Positions 27,929 through 36,776 of a stretch of DNA of 58,403 bases are shown one piece after another (the stretch's first letter is position 1; each line of letters starts with the position of its first letter). Source of the DNA: an uncultured Bacilli bacterium (GTDB lineage: Bacteria > Bacillota_I > Bacilli_A > RF39 > UBA660); NCBI GenBank assembly GCA_947627635.1, contig CANQWT010000002.1:1-58403 (forward strand). The letters are read 5' to 3'. Position numbers and translations under genes: made by a program. The notes under the pieces were generated by a model. It was not told where the DNA came from. It saw nothing but the letters and a program-made list of their open reading frames with translations, and ran no database searches.

Positions 27929-29929
27929 ATGGAAAAACAAGAAGTCATTGAGGCTATCCATACCTTGAGGAGATACAGTACAGAAACAAATAGAATTGAA
28001 GCAAAATCTGCATTATTAGGATTTCCTAAAAAATGTTACGATACGTTTTCAAGTTTTTCTAATAAATATGGTGGAATGATTATCTTTGGTATTCGTGAAG
28101 AAAACAATTTTTCCACAGAAGGTGTTTATAACATTAAAGACTTACAAAAACAAATTACTGCACTATGTACTGATGCTATGGAGCCTTCCTTGCGTTGTGA
28201 TATATTGCCATTGGAATTTGAAAACAAAAAAATTTTAGCAGTAAAAATAGATGAGTTAAATTCAGCAATGAAACCTTGTTACTATAAACCTAAAGGTCTT
28301 AAAAAAGGGTCTTATACAAGAGAAGGCGATAGAGATGAGCCAATGACGGACTACGAAATTTATGCAATTCAAAGTTATAATGACCATATTGTAGAAGATA
28401 AAAGACCAAATAGAAGTGCAACTTTAGAAGATTTAAATACGGAACAGTTAAATTCCTATATCCAAAGAATAAAAAATGAAAAGCCTAATTTTTCAAAAAA
28501 CTCTTTTGAAAAGTGCTTAAAATTATCTGGTATTACAGATACAACTGATAGTACAATTCTTCCGACACTCGCAGGTACACTCATTTTTGGTGAATATCCT
28601 CAAGCGTTTTATCCACAGTTGTTTGTGGCATGTACTGTTATTCCAGGAATTGATATCGGTGAAGTAAGTGAATTAGGAGAAAGATTTTTGGACAACAAAC
28701 GTGTAGAAGGAACCATTGAAGAAATGTTAGAAGAAACCATGAATTTTTTACGAAGAAATATGAAAACAAGAGTGATTATAAATTCAAATGGAAAAAGAAT
28801 CAATAAAACAGAATATCCACTAAAAGCTTTAAGAGAAGCTGTTGCTAATGCACTCATTCATAGAGATTATAGTAAGCAAACAGAAAATGCTTATATTTCT
28901 GTATACATGTATGCTGATAGAATTGAAATTTTAAATCCAGGTGCACTTTTTGGAACAAATAAATTGGAAAAACTTGGAACTGCAACAGTCATGGAAGCTA
29001 GAAATCCTAATATTGTTAGAATACTAGAGGAGAAAGGTGCTGTCATTGAAAATAGACATTCTGGAATTCCTACTATGAAAAGAGAAATGAGAAAATATGG
29101 TTTACCTGACCCAGAGTTCTATGAAGAACGAGGAAGTTTTAAAGTAGTTTTTAGAAATACCTCTTTGGAAGAGGAAGGTGGACAAGTGGAACAGCAAATG
29201 AAGCACAATTTCCAGCAAAGTGGACAAGTGGAACAGCAAATGGAGCAGAATTTCCAACAAACTGGACAAGTGGAACAGCAAATGGAGCAGAATTTCCAAC
29301 AAACTGGACAAGTGGAACAGCAAATGGAGCAAAATTCCCAACAAACTGGACAAGTGGAACAGCAAATGGAGCACAATTTTCAACAAACTGGACAAGTGGA
29401 ACAGCAAATTGAACAAAATTTCCAACAAAGTGGACAAGTAGAGCAACAAATGGAACAGAATTTTCAACAAAGTGAGCAAGTAGAGCAACAAAATTCAACT
29501 AAAAAACTTCAAAATACTGTGCTAAAATACTGTGCTACTCCAAAAAACATTAAAGAAATTAGTCAATATTTAAATATTACTTCTAGGCAATATTTATCCA
29601 CATATATTATAAATCCTCTTATTAAAGAGAAAAAATTAGTTTATGCTATAGAAGAAAGTATACACTCAAGAAATCAAAAATATATCTCTAACAAAGGAAT
29701 AAATTTGCAAAATCGAAAAAATATTAGTGAATATAAGAACATGATTTTAAAGTTTTGTTCATCACCGAAGAGTTTTAAAGAAATTTGCCAACATTTAAAA
29801 ATATATTCTAGAAAATATATATCTTCAAATATCATAAAACCACTTATTAAAGAAGGAAAACTAACATATACAAACCCTGAAAAAATTCAGGTAAAAAACC
29901 AAAAATATATAACAGTACAAAAAGATTAG
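27929..29929 (+). CDS. AlbA_2 (Schlafen-like) + HATPase_c_4-type putative DNA-binding/regulatory protein with internal 14-aa tandem repeats and two C-terminal wHTH-like modules
   Basis: 666 aa; N-terminus ...ETNRIEAKSA... and ...ALREAVANALIHRDY... typical of 'divergent AAA / putative DNA-binding' proteins; duplicated C-terminal LK[YF]C..PK..KEI.Q.L... modules. Confidence 0.7.
   Translation: MEKQEVIEAIHTLRRYSTETNRIEAKSALLGFPKKCYDTFSSFSNKYGGMIIFGIREENNFSTEGVYNIKDLQKQITALCTDAMEPSLRCDILPLEFENKKILAVKIDELNSAMKPCYYKPKGLKKGSYTREGDRDEPMTDYEIYAIQSYNDHIVEDKRPNRSATLEDLNTEQLNSYIQRIKNEKPNFSKNSFEKCLKLSGITDTTDSTILPTLAGTLIFGEYPQAFYPQLFVACTVIPGIDIGEVSELGERFLDNKRVEGTIEEMLEETMNFLRRNMKTRVIINSNGKRINKTEYPLKALREAVANALIHRDYSKQTENAYISVYMYADRIEILNPGALFGTNKLEKLGTATVMEARNPNIVRILEEKGAVIENRHSGIPTMKREMRKYGLPDPEFYEERGSFKVVFRNTSLEEEGGQVEQQMKHNFQQSGQVEQQMEQNFQQTGQVEQQMEQNFQQTGQVEQQMEQNSQQTGQVEQQMEHNFQQTGQVEQQIEQNFQQSGQVEQQMEQNFQQSEQVEQQNSTKKLQNTVLKYCATPKNIKEISQYLNITSRQYLSTYIINPLIKEKKLVYAIEESIHSRNQKYISNKGINLQNRKNISEYKNMILKFCSSPKSFKEICQHLKIYSRKYISSNIIKPLIKEGKLTYTNPEKIQVKNQKYITVQKD
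29180..29494 (+). repeat. In-frame 42-bp tandem repeat, about 7.5 copies (GQVEQQMEQNFQQT units)
   Basis: Units start at 29180, 29222, 29264, 29306, 29348, 29390 and 29432, with a partial eighth copy; copies differ by single substitutions. Confidence 0.9.
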
Positions 29930-29968
29930 GCACACCACTTATCGTACCTAATCTTTTTCCATCTAAAT

Positions 29969-30757
29969 CTAAAGCACATTTGCCATTTCTACAAAGACTT
30001 CATAAGGAATTGCTTCTGCTCTTGTTTGAAAAGTAAAACCATGTTTCATCAAGATAGGTTCAAGCTTCTCTTTTGGATAGTCCCTCAAATTGTTATATAA
30101 AGTCTTGCGTTTAAAACGAAAGCTATCATGCACAAGCTTAGAAAATACATCCCAACTCTTTAACTCCAACAAATCCTTTTTCCTTTTAAAGTCAACAACA
30201 ATGCTGTCTACATGAGGTTGAGGTATAAATTCACTACGAGATACTACAAAACATTTCTTCACTTCAAAGTAATAATTCAACAACACTGTAAGTGCACCAT
30301 ATTCTCTACTCTTAGGTTTCGCAGTAAATCTTTCCCCCACTTCCTTTTGAACCAACATGACAATTTCCAAAAAAGGAAGATTAGATGCCAATAACTTAAA
30401 GAGAATAGGGGTCGTAATGTAATAAGGAACATTACTTACAAAGTACAAGTGTGAATGAGCTATAGCACTAATGTCACGTACCAAATCTCGCTCTAAGAAG
30501 TCGTCAAATATCAGCTTAACATTATCCTTATTACCCAATTCCTTCGTTAAAATATCTTCAAGTTCCAAATCAACTTCATAACAAAGCACTTTCGTTGCGA
30601 CATTTGCTAACTCCTTTGTTAACGCTCCAGCTCCTGGACCTACTTCTATCACCAAACTATCTTTTTGATAAGAAGGAAGATTTGCGATTTTCACAAGTAC
30701 CTGTGGATTTCTTAAAAAATTCTGTCCATATTTCTTTTTAAAACGAAAATTTTCCAC
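29969..30757 (-). CDS. rsmA: 16S rRNA (adenine1518/1519-N6)-dimethyltransferase RsmA/KsgA
   Basis: 262 aa; KKYGQNFL N-terminal motif, EVGPGAGALT SAM motif, NVPYYITTPI. Confidence 0.92.
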   Translation of the reverse strand: MENFRFKKKYGQNFLRNPQVLVKIANLPSYQKDSLVIEVGPGAGALTKELANVATKVLCYEVDLELEDILTKELGNKDNVKLIFDDFLERDLVRDISAIAHSHLYFVSNVPYYITTPILFKLLASNLPFLEIVMLVQKEVGERFTAKPKSREYGALTVLLNYYFEVKKCFVVSRSEFIPQPHVDSIVVDFKRKKDLLELKSWDVFSKLVHDSFRFKRKTLYNNLRDYPKEKLEPILMKHGFTFQTRAEAIPYEVFVEMANVL

Positions 30758-30934
30758 AATATCACCACATTCATTATATATAACTTAACACTTTTACACA
30801 AGAGCTGTTGAAAAAACATAAGAAAAAGCATAAGTATAGTACCTGTCACACATTATTTATCAACACCTCGTACTGCTTGGTATTATCTAGGAATTCTTTC
30901 ATAAGACAAAAAAAGACACTATGCCCAGTGCTTT

Positions 30935-31540
30935 TTATATTTTGTTAAATTCATCAATAGCATCCAAGATTTTGTATACACTAGTATGTGGATTTGCATT
31001 GATTAAATCATCACCATCACTAATAGCTCTCTGTTCTAAAGATTTAGCAACTACTCTAGCTTCGTCAGTATGGTTCTTTATAATCCTATATATATCCATC
31101 GTCTCATAGTATGTTCCATTTACCTTTTCTATTTCCTTTTTAACATCTTGGCTACTATTCAATTTTAATTTATTATTTCTATAGTGTAATAAATACCATA
31201 TTTCAAATGTTGGAGCGGATGTAATTATTTCAATATTGTTTTCTACACATTTTCCTGTTATCTCTTTTATCTCACATATTCTTCTATCATCTAAATCTGT
31301 ATCTAACACCAAAAATATTTTTACATTATCTTCTGATTTAATATCTTCATTTTGAATATATTTTAATAAATCATCTAACATACCTTTGGGGTCTGTACTA
31401 TTTCCTGTTGAAAATTGTATTCTTAAATCTCTAGTACGATAATTTCTAAAATAATAGTACTCTGAAGACTTTGTTCCTCCTTCGGAACATATTACAATTA
31501 ACGGTCTTTTTTCCTTTTGTTTTATTTGTCTTCTAGCCAT
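30935..31540 (-). CDS. RloB-family protein (TOPRIM-like), AbiLii-like
   Basis: 201 aa; N-terminal ...PLIVICSEGGTKSSEYYYF... resembles the RloB CEG..TE..YF signature; 19-nt overlap with the upstream ATPase gene. Confidence 0.7.
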   Translation of the reverse strand: MARRQIKQKEKRPLIVICSEGGTKSSEYYYFRNYRTRDLRIQFSTGNSTDPKGMLDDLLKYIQNEDIKSEDNVKIFLVLDTDLDDRRICEIKEITGKCVENNIEIITSAPTFEIWYLLHYRNNKLKLNSSQDVKKEIEKVNGTYYETMDIYRIIKNHTDEARVVAKSLEQRAISDGDDLINANPHTSVYKILDAIDEFNKI

Positions 31541-32790
31541 AAATCAACATCTCTTATAAATGGAATTGCTCCATATCTACCATTTATATAACCCTTCTGA
31601 ATGTTTTCATCTTTTCGTACAGGAAATGAATCAAGTGGATATAAATCAGAAATACCAGTTTTGGAATTTTTTTCAGTAAACCAAATCTGGTCTCTTCTTA
31701 ATAAATCAAGATTTAATAGATTTGTAGCATGTGTCATAAATATTAACTGACTATTAGCTTTATTGATTTCCTTATTATTAAAAAGTTTGATGATAAACTC
31801 CACTAATGCTGGATGCATACTTTTTTCTAATTCATCAATAATTATTATTTTGGTACTTTCAAATGATTTTTTTAAGAACGGCGCCAATGCAAATAAGACA
31901 CGAGTACCTGAAGATTCATCGCTAAAATTCAATTTATAATTATGCGAATTATTATTTTCATCAACTATTTCATGCTCAAGTTCAATATTCACATTAGACA
32001 TTTTAAATGTTCCGTTTGTTCTAACAAGTGGTGGAATAAGCATATTTATCATTGTACTATCCATATCTTTTTCTTCATAATCAACATGTATATCTTTAAT
32101 TAGTATATCAGCTTCTTTTAATAATTTTAATGCAAATCCTTTTAGGTTTTTGTCGTTACTACTATACTCTTTTAAGTCTTGGTCTGAAATGTTATTAAAA
32201 GCATCATATGTATCTATGGCACTACTAAACCATAAATATGCATCTTTTGTTTTTTCATAATTCCAATTTGTTGCAGTTGATAAAAACAATTTATTTTCTG
32301 TATTTTTAGATTTCAATGGCACTAATTTATTTTTATCACTATTAAACTCATATATATCTGTTTTAGTTCTTGTAAAGATATTGGTTGGTTTCTGTGTGTA
32401 ATATGCATCTAAAACCTCATCATAAATTCTATCAGCATCAGCACTAAAGAAGTATCTATATTTTACATCATTTGCAATAAAGATGAATTCAAATTCACTA
32501 GGATTATTTTTAGATGTTTCATCGAATAAAAATGGTTTTAAAAAATTCCATTTACCTCCTACTGAAATCAAATTAGAATTTCTTACCATAAGTATTGCAC
32601 AAGTAAAAGCTTTGAATAAGTTAGATTTACCAGAAGCATTAGCTCCATATATAGCAGCTGTTTTTAATAAATCTAATCCATCTTTAGAAATGACATTATC
32701 TAAATTTTCATCTCCGGTTCCTTTTTCCATTGATAATGTTACTTTCTCTTTAAATGATAAAAAATTTTTAACACTAAATTCAATAAGCAT
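31522..32790 (-). CDS. AAA/ABC-like ATPase (AAA_15/AAA_21 type), AbiLi-like partner of RloB
   Basis: Walker A GANASGKSN; Walker B IIIIDELEKSMHP; start set to ATG 32790 (GGAGGAG 6 nt upstream). Confidence 0.8.
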   Translation of the reverse strand: MLIEFSVKNFLSFKEKVTLSMEKGTGDENLDNVISKDGLDLLKTAAIYGANASGKSNLFKAFTCAILMVRNSNLISVGGKWNFLKPFLFDETSKNNPSEFEFIFIANDVKYRYFFSADADRIYDEVLDAYYTQKPTNIFTRTKTDIYEFNSDKNKLVPLKSKNTENKLFLSTATNWNYEKTKDAYLWFSSAIDTYDAFNNISDQDLKEYSSNDKNLKGFALKLLKEADILIKDIHVDYEEKDMDSTMINMLIPPLVRTNGTFKMSNVNIELEHEIVDENNNSHNYKLNFSDESSGTRVLFALAPFLKKSFESTKIIIIDELEKSMHPALVEFIIKLFNNKEINKANSQLIFMTHATNLLNLDLLRRDQIWFTEKNSKTGISDLYPLDSFPVRKDENIQKGYINGRYGAIPFIRDVDLWLEDK

Positions 32791-32890
32791 AATTATCTCC
32801 TCCAATAATATTATACTCTTTTTTAAGTAAATTTGTGATTATTTTTATGTTTTTTGCATATTTTTCACAAATTTATAAATAATATCGCAT

Positions 32891-32919
32891 ATTTTAACTA
32901 TTATTAGTATATTTGTCAA
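32891..32919 (-). promoter_or_regulatory. Sigma-A-type promoter for the ATPase-RloB operon
   Basis: Minus strand: TTGACA (32919-32914) - 17 nt - TAAAAT (32896-32891). The 5' UTR contains a 10-bp inverted repeat AAATTTGTGA / TCACAAATTT (32829-32838 / 32865-32874). Confidence 0.55.
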
Positions 32920-33033
32920 GATAAATATTATACTTTAACTTTTGGTTCATTGGCCCAAAGGGAAGCAGTATTCATTTAATAATCGTTCGTGTTAAATAAC
33001 TAATCCGATTTTTAGACGGATTTTTATATCATA

Positions 33034-34380
33034 TCACCATGACTCATGTAATTCTGCCATTACTTTCATCATTGATTTTATAATAATTGTTTGTAACAAT
33101 TCTGTATTTCCATCTTGGTCAATTTTTTGTAATGCTTCTAAATACTCATCTCTATTATCAGAATCAATATATATTGGACATAATTTTTTTAACCTTAATA
33201 ACCAATTTGTTAAACCTCTTGTAATTCTACCATTTCCATCATTAAATGGGTGCAAAATAGTCATATTATAATGAATTCCAGCAACTATACTTACATATTC
33301 CGATATTGAATATTTATCAATGTTTTCTTTAACACTTTGAATTACTTTATTTAATTCATTCATTTTATCAATGATTTCAGTATATGGAACAGGTTGTATT
33401 TTTCCACCCAAAATCATATTATCGCTATTTCTGTACATGCCAGCATATTCTGGGTAAGGTGCATACTTATATAACATCTTATTCAAATCTTTAATTTTAA
33501 ATATATCTAATTCTTCTTTTGTTTCTATACAATATTGATTCATTTCAATGTTACCAAGTGCTTCAATTATATTTTGATTTTCGCTTTTACAATATTCACT
33601 TTCACTACCGTGAATCCTTAAATCAGCAAATATGCCATTTACTTCTTCCTTCGTAACATTAACTTTTTCAATTCTACTATCATGATATACTAAATTTTGA
33701 ATAAACCTAATTCCTATAATTTCATTTAAATTTACTATAGAAAAGTAACTATAATCAACTGCATTCATCAATAGATTTAAATCGGTAGTACTTTCAAAAA
33801 GTTCTTTTCTTTTAGTAGTAGGTCTATATTTCTTTATTTCTTTCGTCAACTCAACATTATCTAAATCTTTCTCAAAACGTTTTAACCTAAAACAAATTGT
33901 CTTAACACACGCTTCAAAACTAACTCCAAAATACTCAGCAATTAGTAAGCATTCATCCATACCAACTTTACCATCTTTATCTTGATACATATCAACTTGT
34001 TTATTTAATTCCTCAGTTGGCATCAATAAATTCGATGCAAAAGAATCAGCCTCTTTTTCAATGTCATTTTTAATACCAGAAATAGGACATAGAAAATTAT
34101 TAGAATGAACTTGAGTATGCATTAAAATATGTCCTAATTCATGTGCAGCAGTAAATCTCTGCCTAGTAATTTGCCTATTCATGTTAATAGCAACTACTGA
34201 TTTCTTCTTATCATATAATAACAAACCCTCTAATTTATCAAAATTAGAATATGTAATAATTGCACCAATGTCTTTTAGCAATTCAAATGGATTTATTGGA
34301 AATGATATATTCCCCTTTGTCTCTTTGATTCTTTTTAATACTTTTTCTGCTGCTAGAATTGTTTTGGCAATATTGTACAC
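33034..34380 (-). CDS. Fusion protein: N-terminal ImmA/IrrE-family zinc metallopeptidase + C-terminal Fic domain
   Basis: 448 aa; HEXXH as AAHELGHILMH in the first 100 residues (COG2856-like context); C-terminal Fic motif HPFNDGNGRITRG; 3-nt gap from the upstream XRE gene. Confidence 0.8.
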   Translation of the reverse strand: MYNIAKTILAAEKVLKRIKETKGNISFPINPFELLKDIGAIITYSNFDKLEGLLLYDKKKSVVAINMNRQITRQRFTAAHELGHILMHTQVHSNNFLCPISGIKNDIEKEADSFASNLLMPTEELNKQVDMYQDKDGKVGMDECLLIAEYFGVSFEACVKTICFRLKRFEKDLDNVELTKEIKKYRPTTKRKELFESTTDLNLLMNAVDYSYFSIVNLNEIIGIRFIQNLVYHDSRIEKVNVTKEEVNGIFADLRIHGSESEYCKSENQNIIEALGNIEMNQYCIETKEELDIFKIKDLNKMLYKYAPYPEYAGMYRNSDNMILGGKIQPVPYTEIIDKMNELNKVIQSVKENIDKYSISEYVSIVAGIHYNMTILHPFNDGNGRITRGLTNWLLRLKKLCPIYIDSDNRDEYLEALQKIDQDGNTELLQTIIIKSMMKVMAELHESW

Positions 34381-34383
34381 AAA

Positions 34384-34695
34384 TTATTCCTTATAATTAT
34401 TTTTAAATTTAATTAGATTTATTATTTCTTGTTTATCTTTTTCAGATAGACTATCAAATCCCCTGGCAAAAACTTGATTATTCATATCAATTTCTTTTTC
34501 ATCAGATACTATTTCTTCCATTGTAATACCATACAATTTTGAAAACTTATATAATTCATCAGACTTAACAGAACGATTATCATTTTCAATATTAACAATA
34601 ATATTTCTAGTTAAATTTAGTGTAGTGGCAACTTGTTCTTGTGTTAATCCTAAAAATTCTCTAGCAGCTTTTAGTTTTTCTCCACAGCTTTTCAT
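34384..34695 (-). CDS. XRE-family helix-turn-helix transcriptional regulator
   Basis: 103 aa; LKAAREFLGLTQEQVATTLNLTRNIIVNIENDNR is a classical Cro/C1 HTH. Confidence 0.85.
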   Translation of the reverse strand: MKSCGEKLKAAREFLGLTQEQVATTLNLTRNIIVNIENDNRSVKSDELYKFSKLYGITMEEIVSDEKEIDMNNQVFARGFDSLSEKDKQEIINLIKFKNNYKE

Positions 34696-34718
34696 ATTTA
34701 CTCACTCCCATGCATTAA

Positions 34719-34748
34719 ATTATACCACATCATGTTGAATTATTCAAC
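34719..34748 (-). promoter_or_regulatory. Promoter with overlapping palindromic operator for the XRE / ImmA-Fic operon
   Basis: Minus strand: TTGAAT (34747-34742) - 17 nt - TATAAT (34724-34719). Perfect 7-1-7 palindrome GTTGAATTATTCAAC (34734-34748) covers the -35. An extra half-site TGTTGAAT lies at 34764-34771. Confidence 0.6.
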
Positions 34749-34930
34749 TTTTATAATATAATATGTTGAATTTTTTAAAATGTATTAAAGATTTGTATAT
34801 CCCAATATCTACCGCAAACTAGCAAACTAATCAATTAGCCAAACTCACAAAGCATGACAAACCAACCAGACTAGCTAGCTAAAGCACCCAGCCTCCCATA
34901 CCATCCAAACACTTCTCCAAAAAAGACAGC

Positions 34931-34960
34931 ATCAAAAAAAAGCACTACGCATGCTTTTTT
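34931..34960 (-). terminator. Weak intrinsic terminator at the end of the sipW operon
   Basis: AAAAAAGCA-TGCGTAG-TGCTTTTTTTT on the minus strand, overlapping the stop codon. Confidence 0.35.
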
Positions 34961-35529
34961 GTTTTACGGTATTCATGTTCTTCCGCATCTTCTCTATCTT
35001 TATCTTCATAGCCCTCGCTGTCATCTCTATAACCATCTCTGCTATCTCTGCCACCTCTATAGCCATCTTCTTTTCTATTCCGCCTATCCACATTCCTGCT
35101 ATCCTTCTTTGCTTCCTTCAAGTGGAACATAAACAAAACATTGGCGATACATAAACCATAAAGCATTATCTTCATGAATGGCAAGAAATTCGCAAAGAAG
35201 TTAAAGTCCATATTGAAGCTATTGAGTGTTCCAATAATCAAACGATGGTCACACACAGTTCTTGCACCAACAACTAATATCGTCGCATAAATAATACATG
35301 ACGTCAAATTATAAAACAAATTCCCTCTCACAGTCTTCTGATTAAATATCATGTTAATCATATACAAAAGCAGCAAAATTCCAAAAGGAACAAAAACATT
35401 GATAGTCGTCATAAAACTCTTCTCAAGCCTTCTATTCATTTGCACAAGAATTAAAAGAGTAATCGCAAAAGAGGCAATAAACATAAACAAACTCAGGATA
35501 TAAAATAACCATGTCAATATCTTTTTCAT
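34945..35529 (-). CDS. Polytopic membrane protein with R/D/G/Y-rich charged C-terminal tail
   Basis: 194 aa from ATG 35529 (GAGGAGG 5 nt upstream); about 5 TM segments; tail DGYRGGRDSRDGYRDDSEGYEDKDRE...; last gene of the sipW operon. Confidence 0.6.
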   Translation of the reverse strand: MKKILTWLFYILSLFMFIASFAITLLILVQMNRRLEKSFMTTINVFVPFGILLLLYMINMIFNQKTVRGNLFYNLTSCIIYATILVVGARTVCDHRLIIGTLNSFNMDFNFFANFLPFMKIMLYGLCIANVLFMFHLKEAKKDSRNVDRRNRKEDGYRGGRDSRDGYRDDSEGYEDKDREDAEEHEYRKTKKHA

Positions 35530-35539
35530 TTTAACCTCC

Positions 35540-36232
35540 TCATCCACCTTGAGCTACATTCCGATACCATTCTGATAAGTTCGAAAGAAAAGCAAGAGAA
35601 CGCTTATAATAATTCACCATCTCAAGATAACTATTCTTCGTAAGCTCAAAGACACTTGACTTAGAATCATCATTACTAAAATAGTAAATATCATTATTCT
35701 TCATATTGTTCTTTAAATATCCAAGCCCACCTGATAACAATTGGTCCATTTCAACCTTCAAAAAAGGAGCAATTTGTTGTAGTCTCGCACTCTTAATTGA
35801 AGTGTTTTCATTACCAAGATTATAGAGTTGAATAACAACACAGTCATTTAAAACCTCATTTTGATAATAGCTTGCAAGGTGATAAACGTCATTGATAGTA
35901 TATTCTTCCTTACTAAATAGCTCTTTTAATTCGTCCGTTTCAAATACATTGGCACAGAAATTCAGTTTTGTCTGCATGTTTAGCATATCAAAGACTTCCT
36001 CAGGTCCTTGGTAAGTTGCTTGACTATAGCTCGCAGCATTCGCTTTGATTTTCTCAACTTCCTTCATTATCGCATCATAGTCCGTACCATTTTCTTGATT
36101 AGGACGATAGGTTGTGTTGACTTCCTTATAATGATAGAAGTTCAAAAACAAAAGGAAAAAAGAAAGTCCGAATAATAGTCCAATAATTGTCGTTCCCACA
36201 ATATGGGCATACTCCACAAAAAATGCTTTCAC
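35540..36232 (-). CDS. N-terminally membrane-anchored hypothetical protein
   Basis: 230 aa, GTG start, one TM segment; tightly packed between its neighbours in the sipW operon. Confidence 0.5.
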   Translation of the reverse strand: MKAFFVEYAHIVGTTIIGLLFGLSFFLLFLNFYHYKEVNTTYRPNQENGTDYDAIMKEVEKIKANAASYSQATYQGPEEVFDMLNMQTKLNFCANVFETDELKELFSKEEYTINDVYHLASYYQNEVLNDCVVIQLYNLGNENTSIKSARLQQIAPFLKVEMDQLLSGGLGYLKNNMKNNDIYYFSNDDSKSSVFELTKNSYLEMVNYYKRSLAFLSNLSEWYRNVAQGG

Positions 36233-36238
36233 CAGTAA

Positions 36239-36775
36239 TCACGCTCCTATTACCTTTGTTTTAACTTGATAGTGATAGAATTTATTTTCCCATTCCCCTG
36301 GGTTCACGTCGCTATGGACCCAAATCGTTAGTTCATAGCTGTTCTTTTGTTTTCCTTGAATAATTCTCTCGTCCAAGACATTCTTCTTAATGCTTGAAAG
36401 CTCTCCCTTATGAATAACTTTCCCATTCATTTTCAGTTCATACTCCAATTGACTTCTTTTCAATAAGTCTTCTTGACGATATCCTACTTTATTAGAGACA
36501 GGGTCTTCTTCAATGAGTAGTTGATAATGACTATCCTTGTTACTCGTGTTACTAACAGTAAACGTATATGGCACCATATCTCCACTTGGATTATCCATAG
36601 GAGCATCTTGAGTAGTGTCAATAGAGCCATTACTAGAATACTCAATATTTAAAACAGACACCTCTTCACCCTTCTTGCTTTCACCATAGAAGATTTTGCT
36701 CCATGCAATAGAAGTGATAAATATAAATACAAATAGGACTATCCCTCCAAAAAATAATGCAATATTTTTTTTCAT
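36239..36775 (-). CDS. Secreted or anchored protein with signal-anchor, distant relative of the TasA-like family (accessory candidate)
   Basis: 178 aa; N-terminal TM ending ..SIAWSKI; C-terminal YELTIWVH.. and ..YQVKTKVIGA echo the YRLRMW.. and ..V[KR]VNV.. blocks of the paralogs; starts 1 nt after sipW. Confidence 0.55.
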   Translation of the reverse strand: MKKNIALFFGGIVLFVFIFITSIAWSKIFYGESKKGEEVSVLNIEYSSNGSIDTTQDAPMDNPSGDMVPYTFTVSNTSNKDSHYQLLIEEDPVSNKVGYRQEDLLKRSQLEYELKMNGKVIHKGELSSIKKNVLDERIIQGKQKNSYELTIWVHSDVNPGEWENKFYHYQVKTKVIGA

Positions 36776-36776
36776 C

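Noticed and set aside
29102-29498. Three overlapping minus-strand ORFs (85-129 aa) and one plus-strand alternative-frame ORF (29220-29441) with highly repetitive sequences
   Set aside because: They are artefacts of the 42-bp tandem repeat inside the 27929-29929 gene. The repeat keeps every frame open, and none has a start context.
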